The position numbers were made by a program, and so were the translations under genes. 64,000 nucleotides of DNA from positions 11,318 to 75,317 of the forward strand of contig DUQM01000015.1 of assembly GCA_012837825.1 (NCBI GenBank), written 5' to 3'. The notes beneath the pieces were generated by a model. It had not been told where the DNA came from. It searched no databases and saw nothing but the letters and a program-made list of their open reading frames with translations. Position 1 is the stretch's first letter. Every line of letters starts with the position of its first letter. This document shows, one piece after another, positions 50,238 through 60,403 of the stretch. Origin of the DNA: Actinomycetota bacterium (lineage in GTDB: Bacteria > Actinomycetota > Humimicrobiia > Humimicrobiales > Humimicrobiaceae).

Positions 50238-50708
50238 TTACTGCCTGACTTCCCAGGTATCAGTAATTCTCAGTTGTCGCTGACGCTTAAATCTCAATTT
50301 AACCGAAACTCCCAGCGATATTCCCAGCCAGACAGCCCAAATGATATCTCGTGAAAAAAGGTAAAAAGCAAGCTCCGACAATTGCTTGCTGCCCCCAAAA
50401 AAATATGTGATGATAAGACTGGTTATCTGTCCGCCTGACAATATAAGAAGTATAAAAGGCAGTATGCCGGTCTTTAAGAATATCCTGTAGTCAAAACAGT
50501 TTTTCATTCCTTCGTGGCCTCTTAGAATCGATATTACAATGCCAAGACAGAACCCTGCTGCAATAAGAAATAATATCTTTATGGTTGTTATTGCCGGACC
50601 CGGCATTCCTGATAAGGGAATTTTCCCAAGCATATAATCAAACAATGAATAAAGAATAAAATAAAGGATAATATTTATATATGAAAAAATAATTAAAAAT
50701 TTACGCAA
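50238..50708 (-). CDS. Small integral membrane protein (4 predicted TM helices)
   Basis: 156 aa, hydrophobic with a basic C-terminal tail. It has no recognisable catalytic motif. A GtrA-like flippase role is speculative. Confidence 0.35.
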   Translation of the reverse strand: MRKFLIIFSYINIILYFILYSLFDYMLGKIPLSGMPGPAITTIKILFLIAAGFCLGIVISILRGHEGMKNCFDYRIFLKTGILPFILLILSGGQITSLIITYFFGGSKQLSELAFYLFSRDIIWAVWLGISLGVSVKLRFKRQRQLRITDTWEVRQ

Positions 50709-50806
50709 AAACCCGTACCTCCGCTTTTAGTTAAATCTATGCCAAAATTATCAGCTTTTAAAAATAAAATCAAAAACAGGAACGAAACAAATGTTTTTAT
50801 CCGATT

Positions 50807-52987
50807 TTATTCAAGTTTTTGAATTTCCATGCTTTTAAAGAAAACAGAAAGGCTTCTTGAATCATTGCTGATTCCAAGCTCTGCGGGAGTGGTGCTGTAT
50901 TTATAATCAAAAGTCATAACATTAAATCCTTCATTAAAAAGAGTCCCTTTTAGTATTAATTCGGTTTTTTCAAATTCCGCGATGCTTTCATATTTGTAAT
51001 CAGATACTTTTTCATCATTAATATGAATATTTATTCTCTGATTGCTTTTGCCATTATGAAGCGGCCTGGACTCTATTGTCAGTTTGTAATCCGCATTTGT
51101 GTCATCGATATTTAAAAATAAGACAGATATCAGCCCTGTCGCCCATGTCCCGCTGTTTTCTTCTACATGGCTGAAACCATAAACCAGATATTTTTCAGCG
51201 GCTTTGTTTGTAAAATCAAAAAATATTTTACCGCTTTCTTTCAGACTTATAATATGAGCATTGTCAGATTGGAAAACATCTGAAAGCAGTATTCTCTCAT
51301 CCCTGTCTGTGACAGGAAAGAAATACAGTCTTGATACATCATCTCTTGCAGTCAGCACCTGATACTGGCCGGATTTCTCCAGGACATCAAGGATTAAGGG
51401 ATCCACATGCTCTTTGGTAAACAGGGATCTTGAGGTAATCACCCATATATTTTTATCTGTATTTTCATTCAGGATATTAAAAAAAGCCATGGGACTTCTT
51501 AAAAGCTCCACTCCATAAGTATCATCGATTATCCTGCCGCTTTCATTATGATAAGGAGCCCAGGAAACAAGATTGCCGGTCCACAGCCAGTAATTCACTC
51601 TGCCCGTATAAGGAGGAGAATTGTATATGTCAGTTGTAATTATTATATCGTCCTCCCCGGCGTGCTCCGCCACATATTTCCCTGCCGTTGCCGCATCCCA
51701 GTGGACTGACCAGGAGTTGGAAATGGAATAAAAAATATTTAACTTCTCATTGTGCGGCCTGTAAGGCAGGGATATTGCTTCCCGGGGTTTTATTCCATTT
51801 ACAAGCAGTGCTGAAGAAATAACAAATACTGCTGCCAGAATTACCGCTCCTGCTTTTTCTGACTTTGCTTTTGAAAAGCCTGTGATTATTTTCTTTAAAA
51901 AAAGTGAAAACAGAAAGACGGTATAAGAAAAACCGGTTACAAAAACCGGCATAAGAAAATATACATACCTCTGCTGGCCATACATCTTTCCAAGGGAAAT
52001 AAATATAACAGACAGGATAAAACTTGAAAGTATCAGAAAATAATTATAGGGCCATCTTAACCTCCCCCATTTTATAAAATTTTCTTTTTCAAGATAATTG
52101 TCTTCTGCCGCCTCTTTCTTAATGGAAATTATTATTGAAAAAATTATAAAAAATACTATCCCTGCCATAAAAACATAAAACATCCCGGGGAACATAAGTT
52201 TTATTACATTAAAATAATAAGGATCGGGTATCTGAAAATATGCTTTAGTCATTGAACGCAGGCCTGTACCTTCGGAATAAAAACTTCTTCCTACCTTCCA
52301 GAAAAAAACCTGGTTGATTATCTGTGCTGCGTCAAGCACAAAAACTATAACAAGCGGAATTATTGTTTCTTTTTTAAAGAATTTTTTACCTTTGTAAAAA
52401 AGCAGCAGAATGAAAAGAAGTATAAGCACTATGCCTACACCATGAACCAGCGGGGTAAGCACCATAAAAATTACCGCAAGCACCCTGAAGGGCTTTTTGT
52501 TTTTTACAAAACCCAGATAAAAGAAAAGAAATGATAGCATATAAAAGAACTGATAATCCTGATAGTATCTTGCTTCTCTTGAAAACTGCACATACCATGT
52601 GGAAAAAGCAATTATAAAAGCTCCAAGGAGTCCTACAAACCTGTTTGCAAGCTCTTTCCCGAAAAAATATGTTGCAAGTATTGTTCCCGTGCCGAAAAAA
52701 ACACTTACTATTCTTAGAGAAAATTCACTTGTTCCCAGAAAAAAAGAGGGCAGCGCCTTGAGGTAATAATCAAAAATGCCATGCCATAAAACATTCCCTG
52801 AAGGAAGAAGAGGATAACCATGTTTAAGAATGCTGACTGTTCCTATGAATGTGTGGCCGTCATCTCCCCAGAGCGACAGATAGCTGAGATTCCTGACCCT
52901 GAGCACAAAACCGAGAACACAGATAAGCAAAAGAAATATAAAGGTAAATATATTGGATTTTTTACTGAAGTACTCTTTGATTTTCAT
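50807..52987 (-). CDS. GT-C fold polytopic membrane glycosyltransferase (ArnT/PMT, GT39/GT83-like) with C-terminal extracytoplasmic domain
   Basis: 726 aa. An N-terminal region of about 380 aa has more than 10 TM helices and a first-loop acidic motif (SLWGDDGHTF) like the PMT/ArnT DE/DD motif. A soluble C-terminal domain follows. Confidence 0.55.
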   Translation of the reverse strand: MKIKEYFSKKSNIFTFIFLLLICVLGFVLRVRNLSYLSLWGDDGHTFIGTVSILKHGYPLLPSGNVLWHGIFDYYLKALPSFFLGTSEFSLRIVSVFFGTGTILATYFFGKELANRFVGLLGAFIIAFSTWYVQFSREARYYQDYQFFYMLSFLFFYLGFVKNKKPFRVLAVIFMVLTPLVHGVGIVLILLFILLLFYKGKKFFKKETIIPLVIVFVLDAAQIINQVFFWKVGRSFYSEGTGLRSMTKAYFQIPDPYYFNVIKLMFPGMFYVFMAGIVFFIIFSIIISIKKEAAEDNYLEKENFIKWGRLRWPYNYFLILSSFILSVIFISLGKMYGQQRYVYFLMPVFVTGFSYTVFLFSLFLKKIITGFSKAKSEKAGAVILAAVFVISSALLVNGIKPREAISLPYRPHNEKLNIFYSISNSWSVHWDAATAGKYVAEHAGEDDIIITTDIYNSPPYTGRVNYWLWTGNLVSWAPYHNESGRIIDDTYGVELLRSPMAFFNILNENTDKNIWVITSRSLFTKEHVDPLILDVLEKSGQYQVLTARDDVSRLYFFPVTDRDERILLSDVFQSDNAHIISLKESGKIFFDFTNKAAEKYLVYGFSHVEENSGTWATGLISVLFLNIDDTNADYKLTIESRPLHNGKSNQRINIHINDEKVSDYKYESIAEFEKTELILKGTLFNEGFNVMTFDYKYSTTPAELGISNDSRSLSVFFKSMEIQKLE

Positions 52988-53183
52988 TTTTCTAACTGTT
53001 TTTATTTTTTTAATTTAATTAAAAAACAAATATAATTAAAGACTGACAACTATAAAAAAATACTATTTAATGTATAATAGCTAAAAAATATCTGAAAAAC
53101 CAAAAACAAAAAGTTTAAAAAGTAATATTATAAATTTTACCTGATTTTTTTAATTAAATATACTTATTTAAGAGGTTTGTTTA

Positions 53184-54152
53184 TTGAATATATTGGTAAC
53201 AGGCGGGGCAGGCTTTATAGGCTCAAGTCTTACTGACAGATTGCTGGAAAATGGCGCCGGGATTTTATGTCTGGATAATTTCAATGATTTTTATAATCCG
53301 CTTATCAAAGAAAACAATATAAGCTGCAGTCTGAAAAATAAGAATTTTAGCCTCATCCCGGGTGACATACTTGACAAAAAACTGCTTGATAGAATTTTTT
53401 CCGGCAATGAAATTCACATGGTCATCCATCTTGCAGCAATGGCAGGAGTCAGACCTTCAATTGAAAATCCGCTTCTTTATGAAAAGGTAAATATAGAAGG
53501 TACGATAAATCTTCTTGAATGCATGAAAACCCACAATGTAAAAAAGATGCTTTTTGCTTCTTCCTCTTCCGTATACGGCGGAAATAAAAAAGTGCCTTTT
53601 TCTGAAACAGACAGCGTAGACAAACCGGTTTCGCCATATGCAGCCACAAAAAAAGCCGGCGAACTTTTATGCTATAACTACCATCATCTTTATGGTTTTG
53701 CCATATACTGCCTGAGATTTTTTACAGTTTACGGTCCGCGTCAGAGACCGGAAATGGCGATACACAAGTTTACAAGACAGTTATATTCCGGAAAGAGCAT
53801 GACTGTCTTCGGAGACGGTTCAACCAGCAGGGATTATACATACATAGACGATGTCGTAAACGGCATCATTAATTGCATTGACAGGGTTAATGGATATGAA
53901 ATAATTAATCTTGGCAACTCCAGTCCGACAAAGCTGGCAGATCTTGTAAGGCTTATACAGGATATTTCGGGCAGAAAGTCTGAAATCAGAATGGAAGAAA
54001 TGAAGCCGGGAGATGTTTTTACAACTTTTGCAGATATAGAAAAGGCAAAAAAAATAATAGGATACAGGCCTGAAACATCAATTAAGGAAGGGCTTGGAAA
54101 ATTTATATTATGGTATGAAAAAAATTTAAAAGATGGAAAATTATATGAGTAA
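53184..54152 (+). CDS. NAD-dependent nucleotide-sugar epimerase (UDP-glucuronate/UDP-glucose 4-epimerase family)
   Basis: MNILVTGGAGFIGSSLTDRLLENG Rossmann motif, catalytic YAATKKAGE (YxxxK), about 322 aa. Confidence 0.8.
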   Translation: MNILVTGGAGFIGSSLTDRLLENGAGILCLDNFNDFYNPLIKENNISCSLKNKNFSLIPGDILDKKLLDRIFSGNEIHMVIHLAAMAGVRPSIENPLLYEKVNIEGTINLLECMKTHNVKKMLFASSSSVYGGNKKVPFSETDSVDKPVSPYAATKKAGELLCYNYHHLYGFAIYCLRFFTVYGPRQRPEMAIHKFTRQLYSGKSMTVFGDGSTSRDYTYIDDVVNGIINCIDRVNGYEIINLGNSSPTKLADLVRLIQDISGRKSEIRMEEMKPGDVFTTFADIEKAKKIIGYRPETSIKEGLGKFILWYEKNLKDGKLYE

Positions 54153-55140
54153 AAATCAGAGAATGGTCAAAGCCTGCAGTTTTCACGACGAGAAAGAGGA
54201 GATATATCTTTCCGTGGTAATACCTGTATATAATGAAAAACAAAGTCTTAAACATCTTTATGAAAATTTAAATGCCGTTCTTCCGGGAATCGGAAAAAAC
54301 TACGAAGTAATACTTGTAGATGACGGAAGCAGTGACGGCAGTTTTATGGAATTAAAGAAAATCCACGAAAAAAACAATAATTACAAGATCATCAGATTCA
54401 GAAAAAATTTCGGCCAGACTCCTGCCATGAGCGCCGGTTTTGATTATGCAAGAGGAGAAGTAATAATCACTCTTGATGCAGACCTTCAGAATGATCCGAA
54501 AGACATACCGCTTCTTCTTGGAAAAATGGAAGAAGGATATGACATAGTGTCGGGATGGAGAGCAAAAAGACAGGATAAGACAATTTCAAGAAAACTGCCT
54601 TCTGTAATTGCAAACTGGCTTATTGCAAAACTCACCAGAGTCCATATACATGATTACGGATGCACTCTTAAGGCATACAGCAGGGATGTGATCAAGAATA
54701 TCGAGCTTTACGGTGAAATGCACCGTTATATTCCGGCAGTTGCAAGCTGGATGGGAATTAATGTCGCAGAAGTAAAAGTAAATCATCACAGCAGAAAATT
54801 CGGCAAATCAAAATACGGTATCTCCAGAACCATAAGGGTTATTCTGGACATTATAACCATTAAATATCTTCTAAGCTATTCGCAAAGACCTATACAGATT
54901 TTTGGCCTGCTGGGTCTTTTCACCGGGACTGCCGGCCTCATAATTACCATATACCTGATAATTATGAGATTGTTCTTTCAAATGTCCCTTGCAGACAGAC
55001 CTCTTTTTACATTGTCTATCTTCATGATTTTTATCGGAGTGCAGTTAATAACAATGGGCATCCTTGCCGAGCTTATTATGCGGACTTATCATGAAGCTTC
55101 CGGAAAACCAACTTATGCGGTCAGGGAAATCATTGATTAA
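54133..55140 (+). CDS. Polyprenol-phosphate glycosyltransferase, GT2 (ArnC/GtrB/DPM1-like) with C-terminal 2-TM anchor
   Basis: LSVVIPVYNEKQSL, ILVDDGSSDGS, a DAD motif (TLDADLQND) and two C-terminal TM helices. This architecture is typical of undecaprenyl-phosphate sugar transferases. Confidence 0.8.
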   Translation: MENYMSKNQRMVKACSFHDEKEEIYLSVVIPVYNEKQSLKHLYENLNAVLPGIGKNYEVILVDDGSSDGSFMELKKIHEKNNNYKIIRFRKNFGQTPAMSAGFDYARGEVIITLDADLQNDPKDIPLLLGKMEEGYDIVSGWRAKRQDKTISRKLPSVIANWLIAKLTRVHIHDYGCTLKAYSRDVIKNIELYGEMHRYIPAVASWMGINVAEVKVNHHSRKFGKSKYGISRTIRVILDIITIKYLLSYSQRPIQIFGLLGLFTGTAGLIITIYLIIMRLFFQMSLADRPLFTLSIFMIFIGVQLITMGILAELIMRTYHEASGKPTYAVREIID

Positions 55141-55400
55141 AACTGAAGCCTGCTTATTATTTCAATGACTTTCTTTCCAAAATTGCCGTCAAGCAACCTG
55201 TAATCAAAAATCTCAATGAATATAATAAGGGCAATAAAAAAGATAAAAGCGTAAAAGAGATAATAGAAAATTTTGGCTATCCAGATTTTATACAACTTTT
55301 TCCTTCTTAAATAATTGAAACCATTCTTTTGACTTTACTGACTCAATTAAAATATAAATAGTATAAAATTTCAAAGGAAAAGAACGGATTTATAATCTTT

Positions 55401-57236
55401 TTATTTTCTCATACCGTATCCGTCCAGATATTGAACCACATAATTAAAAATAGTCTGTGCAACTACTGCTGAGCCTTCAGGGGTATAATGAACCCAGTCA
55501 AGCACATAACGTCCCGGATCCCTTGAAAGAGGCGTACAGATATCAACCACCGGGACTCCGTTTGCAGCTCCGACATTATAAATGATTCTCTGATAATACG
55601 GCCAGTCTTTTTTCGAAGGCTCTATCGAAGTATTTATGTAACCTATGCTTTCAAGGAAAACCGTTGCATTGATTGCTTTTGCTTTTCCAACAAGCCCGTT
55701 TAAATAATAATTAAACTTTTCAGTTCCTCCGCCGGTATCGTTTGTACCATAGCCTATTATTACTATATGCGGCCTGTAACCGGCAACGGATGAATCAAAA
55801 CGGTGAAATCCTCCAGAAGCATTTTCCTGGGAAATGCCGCTTGCAATAATGCTATAATCACTTCTCGGATAAGTTGCCTCCAGCATGCTCCCCAGTATCT
55901 GCGGCCAGTTTGACCTTGCAATAAGAGAGTCCCCCATGCAGACTATTGTGACCTTGAAATTGGCTTTTATGCCTATTTCTGCCTGCTCTACTTTAAAATC
56001 AGTCCCGTTTGAACTTAAGCTGAAATCCGTTTCTATTGTACCTCCGTTTGTCATACCGGAATAAACCTGAAAATCAAGGCTGACTTCTTTCTTTTCACCG
56101 ACATCTATTTTCTTTATCCTGAAAATTATCCCTTCATCAGAGGATTCAATTATTTCTGCATTGCTGCATTTTGCGCTTCCGGGAACATATGAGGTATACT
56201 GGGGAACAGGACAGGTAATTATCACATCTTCCGCCCATACATCGCCTGTATTTTCTATAGTCATATTTGAGCTTATGATGTCTCCCGCCCACAGATATTC
56301 TCCATTCTTATCCGAAAGAGTAACTACCGAATTATCAAACTCAGGGAAAAGACTGACCGTTGATTCCGCCGAAACCTGAAGATTGTCGTTTTGTTCACTT
56401 GTCAGACTTGCTGAATGCTCCAGAATTTCATCCATGGTGACTCCCTCAAGGATTCTGATACTGTAGGAAAAAGAAGTTTCGCTACCTGCTTCATAATTAC
56501 CTATTTCCCATATTATTTTATTGCTTTTCAGTTCAAATTCTTTTGGTGATATGCTGTTTTTGATAATCTCTGTTTTTTGAGGTATCTGAGCTTCAACTCT
56601 TACTCCCGTCGCATTCATGTCTCCCTTGTTTGAAGCATTAAAACTAATATTTAAAGTATCCCCTATTCTCAAATCGCTTCCGTCTTTATCTTTAAGAGAT
56701 ATCCCGCTTAAATTCATTTTGGGAGAACTGGTGATTTTAAAAGTCATTTCTTCACCAAGAATAATAGTTTTTGATTCATTGCCTAATTTATATTTCATTT
56801 CAACAGACGGGGTTTTTATTTCCATGCCATTGTCAAGCGGTTTGTCAGCTACAAGAACAATCTGTATCTTTTTGCCTTCATCTCTTTTAATAACCGGTTC
56901 CTCAAATACAAGTTTGTTTCCTTCCTCAAAATACTCTCCTGAAAAATCACCTTCATTTATTTTTGTATTCTCCGGAATTGGAAATTCAATATGGATATCA
57001 TTAACTTCCCTTCTTCCCGTATTAAAATAACCAAGTTCAATAGTTATTTTTCCGCCGGGCTTTAACTCTGCAGGAGAAAGGCTTCTGACATAATTAAGAG
57101 TCCTGTCTTCAAAATTGGGACTGAGTCTTATGAGGAAATTATATGAGATAAAAAGTCCGATGCCTATTATTGCAATTGCAATTATAACCATCAGAAAAAC
57201 ATTTAAAATTGATTTTATATCTTTCTTAATATCCAT
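55401..57236 (-). CDS. Membrane-anchored DUF11/CARDB-like repeat protein fused to C-terminal SGNH/GDSL hydrolase domain
   Basis: N-terminal TM helix, two or three beta-sandwich repeat regions, and a C-terminal SGNH block (VTIVCMGDSLIARSNW…GYGTNDTGG…DWVHYT). Confidence 0.6.
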   Translation of the reverse strand: MDIKKDIKSILNVFLMVIIAIAIIGIGLFISYNFLIRLSPNFEDRTLNYVRSLSPAELKPGGKITIELGYFNTGRREVNDIHIEFPIPENTKINEGDFSGEYFEEGNKLVFEEPVIKRDEGKKIQIVLVADKPLDNGMEIKTPSVEMKYKLGNESKTIILGEEMTFKITSSPKMNLSGISLKDKDGSDLRIGDTLNISFNASNKGDMNATGVRVEAQIPQKTEIIKNSISPKEFELKSNKIIWEIGNYEAGSETSFSYSIRILEGVTMDEILEHSASLTSEQNDNLQVSAESTVSLFPEFDNSVVTLSDKNGEYLWAGDIISSNMTIENTGDVWAEDVIITCPVPQYTSYVPGSAKCSNAEIIESSDEGIIFRIKKIDVGEKKEVSLDFQVYSGMTNGGTIETDFSLSSNGTDFKVEQAEIGIKANFKVTIVCMGDSLIARSNWPQILGSMLEATYPRSDYSIIASGISQENASGGFHRFDSSVAGYRPHIVIIGYGTNDTGGGTEKFNYYLNGLVGKAKAINATVFLESIGYINTSIEPSKKDWPYYQRIIYNVGAANGVPVVDICTPLSRDPGRYVLDWVHYTPEGSAVVAQTIFNYVVQYLDGYGMRK

Positions 57237-57957
57237 TTACATACCACAAAAAAACCAGAAATCCAAAATCTATGATAAGAAGCACTATATATGAGATAAA
57301 TATGGAAAGTCCTTTTCTTTTTACAGGCCTGAATTTTGTTATTCTCAGTATTTCAATCAGTACTACTCCCAGCAAGAAGATATAAAAAAAAGTAAGATAT
57401 TTGTTGGAGTACAATTTTTTAAAGAATTCCACAAACGGATGGTTTCTAAACCATGGAACTGTCTTTAAATCTTTAAAATAGCCGGGGCCTATTCGAAAAT
57501 TATCTTTCCCGGGTGAATTTAAAAATTTTCCTATGTTTATCCTGTTTAAATCAGCATTGCCGTCTATTTTCAAACTGATTTCTATATAGCTGTAGTCCCT
57601 GCAGTCAAAAGAAATGCCGTCCGTGAAATCATCTTCATTTAAGATGCAGTCAAATGTAAGAGCTTTCTCCGATATTATTATTTTGTCGTTTTCTTCAAAA
57701 GCTGATTTCTCAATATTGTCAAATACCCCGTCAGTGGAAAGAGATCCTGTGAAATTTATTTTTTTCCTGTCAGAACTCCAGGAAATATTGATTTTCCCGC
57801 TATCATCTTCCCAGATAAAATAGCCGAGGCTTACACCGGGCAGAAATAATGTTTTGGTGCATGAAGTAGCAAGCAGCATTATTGCAATTGCCGATACTGC
57901 AAGAAGCATGAGCCTGAAATACAATTTTTTATTTTTTATTTTTTCCGGTATTTTCAT
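57226..57957 (-). CDS. Hypothetical membrane protein (N-terminal signal/lipoprotein-like, C-terminal 2 TM)
   Basis: 243 aa. It overlaps the start of the SGNH gene by 11 nt (operonic). It has no recognisable catalytic motifs. Confidence 0.4.
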   Translation of the reverse strand: MKIPEKIKNKKLYFRLMLLAVSAIAIMLLATSCTKTLFLPGVSLGYFIWEDDSGKINISWSSDRKKINFTGSLSTDGVFDNIEKSAFEENDKIIISEKALTFDCILNEDDFTDGISFDCRDYSYIEISLKIDGNADLNRINIGKFLNSPGKDNFRIGPGYFKDLKTVPWFRNHPFVEFFKKLYSNKYLTFFYIFLLGVVLIEILRITKFRPVKRKGLSIFISYIVLLIIDFGFLVFLWYVNGY

Positions 57958-57969
57958 ATTTATATATTT

Positions 57970-59295
57970 TTATAATCCTGTTTTGTCAGACAGCTCATTT
58001 TCTCTGGAAGTTTTCCTGTTAAACAAATAAATAAGATAAACCATCCACAGGGTAATTCCCGTAAATATGCTCCTGAATATATTCACAAATTTTGCCGGAT
58101 CATAGAACCTGTTTATAAGAGGTATGGGTCCGGGCAGATAAATGAAAAATCTGTGATCAAATGAAGCAAAAAGGAATTTTGTTATAAGATCTCCCCAGTA
58201 AATGAAAACAACTGCCAGAAACAAGAACTGTACCCACTGGAAATAGTACATATTTTTCTGTTTGCCGGCAACATATAAAACAAAAGGAACACTCCATAAA
58301 AGATACTGCGGATGAAAGTATGAAAGCGCCACATATAACAGATAAATCATTGCACAGTACGACATTAAAAAATCGAAGGATTTATTTTTCAGTTTTATGA
58401 AGCTGAGAATCAGTACAGTATAAACAACCAGGAATATAAAAATCCGGTCATGAACTATGAGCTCAAGCTTGGATGAAATAATGTAGTTGAAATGTTCCGC
58501 ATTAAGCAGGGAGAATATAACGCTTTTCCCGAATGCAATATATGATACTGCCTCAATTGCAATCAGGCCGGAAAGACCTATCGCTCCCATAATCATATAA
58601 TCTTTTTTCTTCTCAGCAAGATAAATTATAAGAATCGGAAGAACCATTATCGGAAAAAATCTTATAGCCTCTGCAATGGCAAGGACAAGGACAGCCCAGT
58701 ATTTTCTTTTCTTCTTTGCCAGAAGAAAAGAAAGAAGCGTTACAAAAAGACCGATTGTGTCATGTCTTGCAAAAAGATAAAGTACAAAAATTACAATGGG
58801 GTTGAACATCCAGTACTTGAATATTTTTAATTTTTTCCGAGTGTCTCCGTCATAAAAAAGCCTCAGGATTACAAATATGCAGGCTATGTCAAAAATAAAA
58901 TATAAAAATTTGAATATGGCAAGTATAATAAAAATATTATCGCTTTTTACAAATTCAACCCAGGAAACCCACGTATCCTGATTCAGCAGAATATCTTTAT
59001 ATGAATTAATGAAAGGAAAGATGGTTTTTGACAGCAGAAAATAAACAGAATGTATTATATTTGTTATAAGCTGCTGAAAATCAGAACCTATGTTTCCATT
59101 GAAAACCGTATCCGCTGCTCTCTGATAGGTTGAAAGAAGGTCTCTCTGAAAAAAGAAAGGCATAAAAAGAAACCTGATAAATATGCCTCCAAGAAAATAT
59201 TTGTAAAAAAGAGTTAAAGATCTCCCGTCGTTTGTGATTTCAGGTGAAATAAAAATGCAACCGAGTTTTTTAAAAAAATTTTTTGCTCTTGCCAT
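57970..59295 (-). CDS. Polytopic integral membrane protein (>=10 TM), candidate GT-C-like glycosyltransferase/polymerase
   Basis: 441 aa and highly hydrophobic throughout. Its context within the glycan locus is the only functional clue. Confidence 0.35.
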   Translation of the reverse strand: MARAKNFFKKLGCIFISPEITNDGRSLTLFYKYFLGGIFIRFLFMPFFFQRDLLSTYQRAADTVFNGNIGSDFQQLITNIIHSVYFLLSKTIFPFINSYKDILLNQDTWVSWVEFVKSDNIFIILAIFKFLYFIFDIACIFVILRLFYDGDTRKKLKIFKYWMFNPIVIFVLYLFARHDTIGLFVTLLSFLLAKKKRKYWAVLVLAIAEAIRFFPIMVLPILIIYLAEKKKDYMIMGAIGLSGLIAIEAVSYIAFGKSVIFSLLNAEHFNYIISSKLELIVHDRIFIFLVVYTVLILSFIKLKNKSFDFLMSYCAMIYLLYVALSYFHPQYLLWSVPFVLYVAGKQKNMYYFQWVQFLFLAVVFIYWGDLITKFLFASFDHRFFIYLPGPIPLINRFYDPAKFVNIFRSIFTGITLWMVYLIYLFNRKTSRENELSDKTGL

Positions 59296-59516
59296 TTATT
59301 TTACTATTTCTGAATTTAAGACAAATTATAATTTATGTTATTATTAGCAAATATAATTAATACATTAATCAGTCACTAAAATTAATATTTTACTTAATAT
59401 TTAAAATAATTAAAGCAAATCGGTAAAATTTACAGATAATAACTTATTGCCGCATGATAATTCAAATACTGTAAGTTTTTTCGGCTATTAAAAAACAAAA
59501 CTCAGGGGGCTGCAAT

Positions 59517-60308
59517 ATGGATGAGGAAAATAAGATAATCAGTAGCACTTCAGAAGATAAAGACAATGAAATAAAAAAAATAGATGAAAAAGTAAGATCA
59601 AAATCGCTTACAAAACCGGGAGGTTCCAAATTCAAAAAATACTGCGACTTTTTTGTAGGAAAACGCGGATTTTTTGCCTTTCTGAAATATGAGATAATCA
59701 CCGGCCTTTTTGCAAGCTGTCCCGGAGCCGCAGGAATATTTTTAAGAGGTATTTTTTACAGATTTTTATTTAAAAAGGTCGGAAAAGGAGTCAGCTTCGG
59801 TAAAAATATAATGTTCAGGCACCCGAATAAAATAATTATAGGAAATAATGTAGTAATTGATGATAACTGCATGCTTGATGCAAAAGGTAATACTAACGGC
59901 GGAATAGTTATTGAAGATGGCGTATTTCTGGGAAGAAACACTATTTTAAGCTGTAAGGACGGCGATATAATCTTAAGGGAGAATGTAAATCTTGGATTTA
60001 ACTGTGATATCTTCAGCGGCAAAAAGATTGAAATAGGAAAAGATACAATGATCGCGGCTTACACTTATTTTGTGGCAGGCAACTATGTTTATGATTCCGC
60101 AGACAAACCGGCAACTGAAATGGATACCATCTGCAAAGGAATATATGTGGGCGAAAATTGCTGGTTCGGGGCAAAAGCCCTTATATTTGACGGAGTAACC
60201 ATCGGGAGAAACTCAATAATCGGAGGGGCGGCTGTGGTGAATGAAGACATACCTGAATATTCAGTAGCGGTAGGCATGCCGGCAAAAGTCGTAAAATCAA
60301 GAAAATAA
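59517..60308 (+). CDS. Hexapeptide-repeat (left-handed beta-helix) sugar O-acetyltransferase (WcaF/LacA/NodL-like)
   Basis: Repeating [LIV]G-x4 hexapeptides (IIIGNNVVIDDNCML…VFLGRNTILSC…IEIGKDTMIAAYTYF…VTIGRNSIIGGAAVV) and an AG-anchored SD. Confidence 0.75.
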   Translation: MDEENKIISSTSEDKDNEIKKIDEKVRSKSLTKPGGSKFKKYCDFFVGKRGFFAFLKYEIITGLFASCPGAAGIFLRGIFYRFLFKKVGKGVSFGKNIMFRHPNKIIIGNNVVIDDNCMLDAKGNTNGGIVIEDGVFLGRNTILSCKDGDIILRENVNLGFNCDIFSGKKIEIGKDTMIAAYTYFVAGNYVYDSADKPATEMDTICKGIYVGENCWFGAKALIFDGVTIGRNSIIGGAAVVNEDIPEYSVAVGMPAKVVKSRK

Positions 60309-60403
60309 TGTCTGTTTAATTTATATGGCTTTTGTTTTATAATTTACTGATTGTTTTTAAGGAAATATTTTTTTGGTAAAAATTAAAAGGTATCGGTAGT
60401 TTT

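Noticed and set aside
53000-53183. Possible regulatory repeats in the AT-rich divergent promoter region between the GT-C gene and the epimerase gene.
   Set aside because: There are only homopolymeric A/T runs with no defined symmetric or repeated motif. No specific site could be supported.
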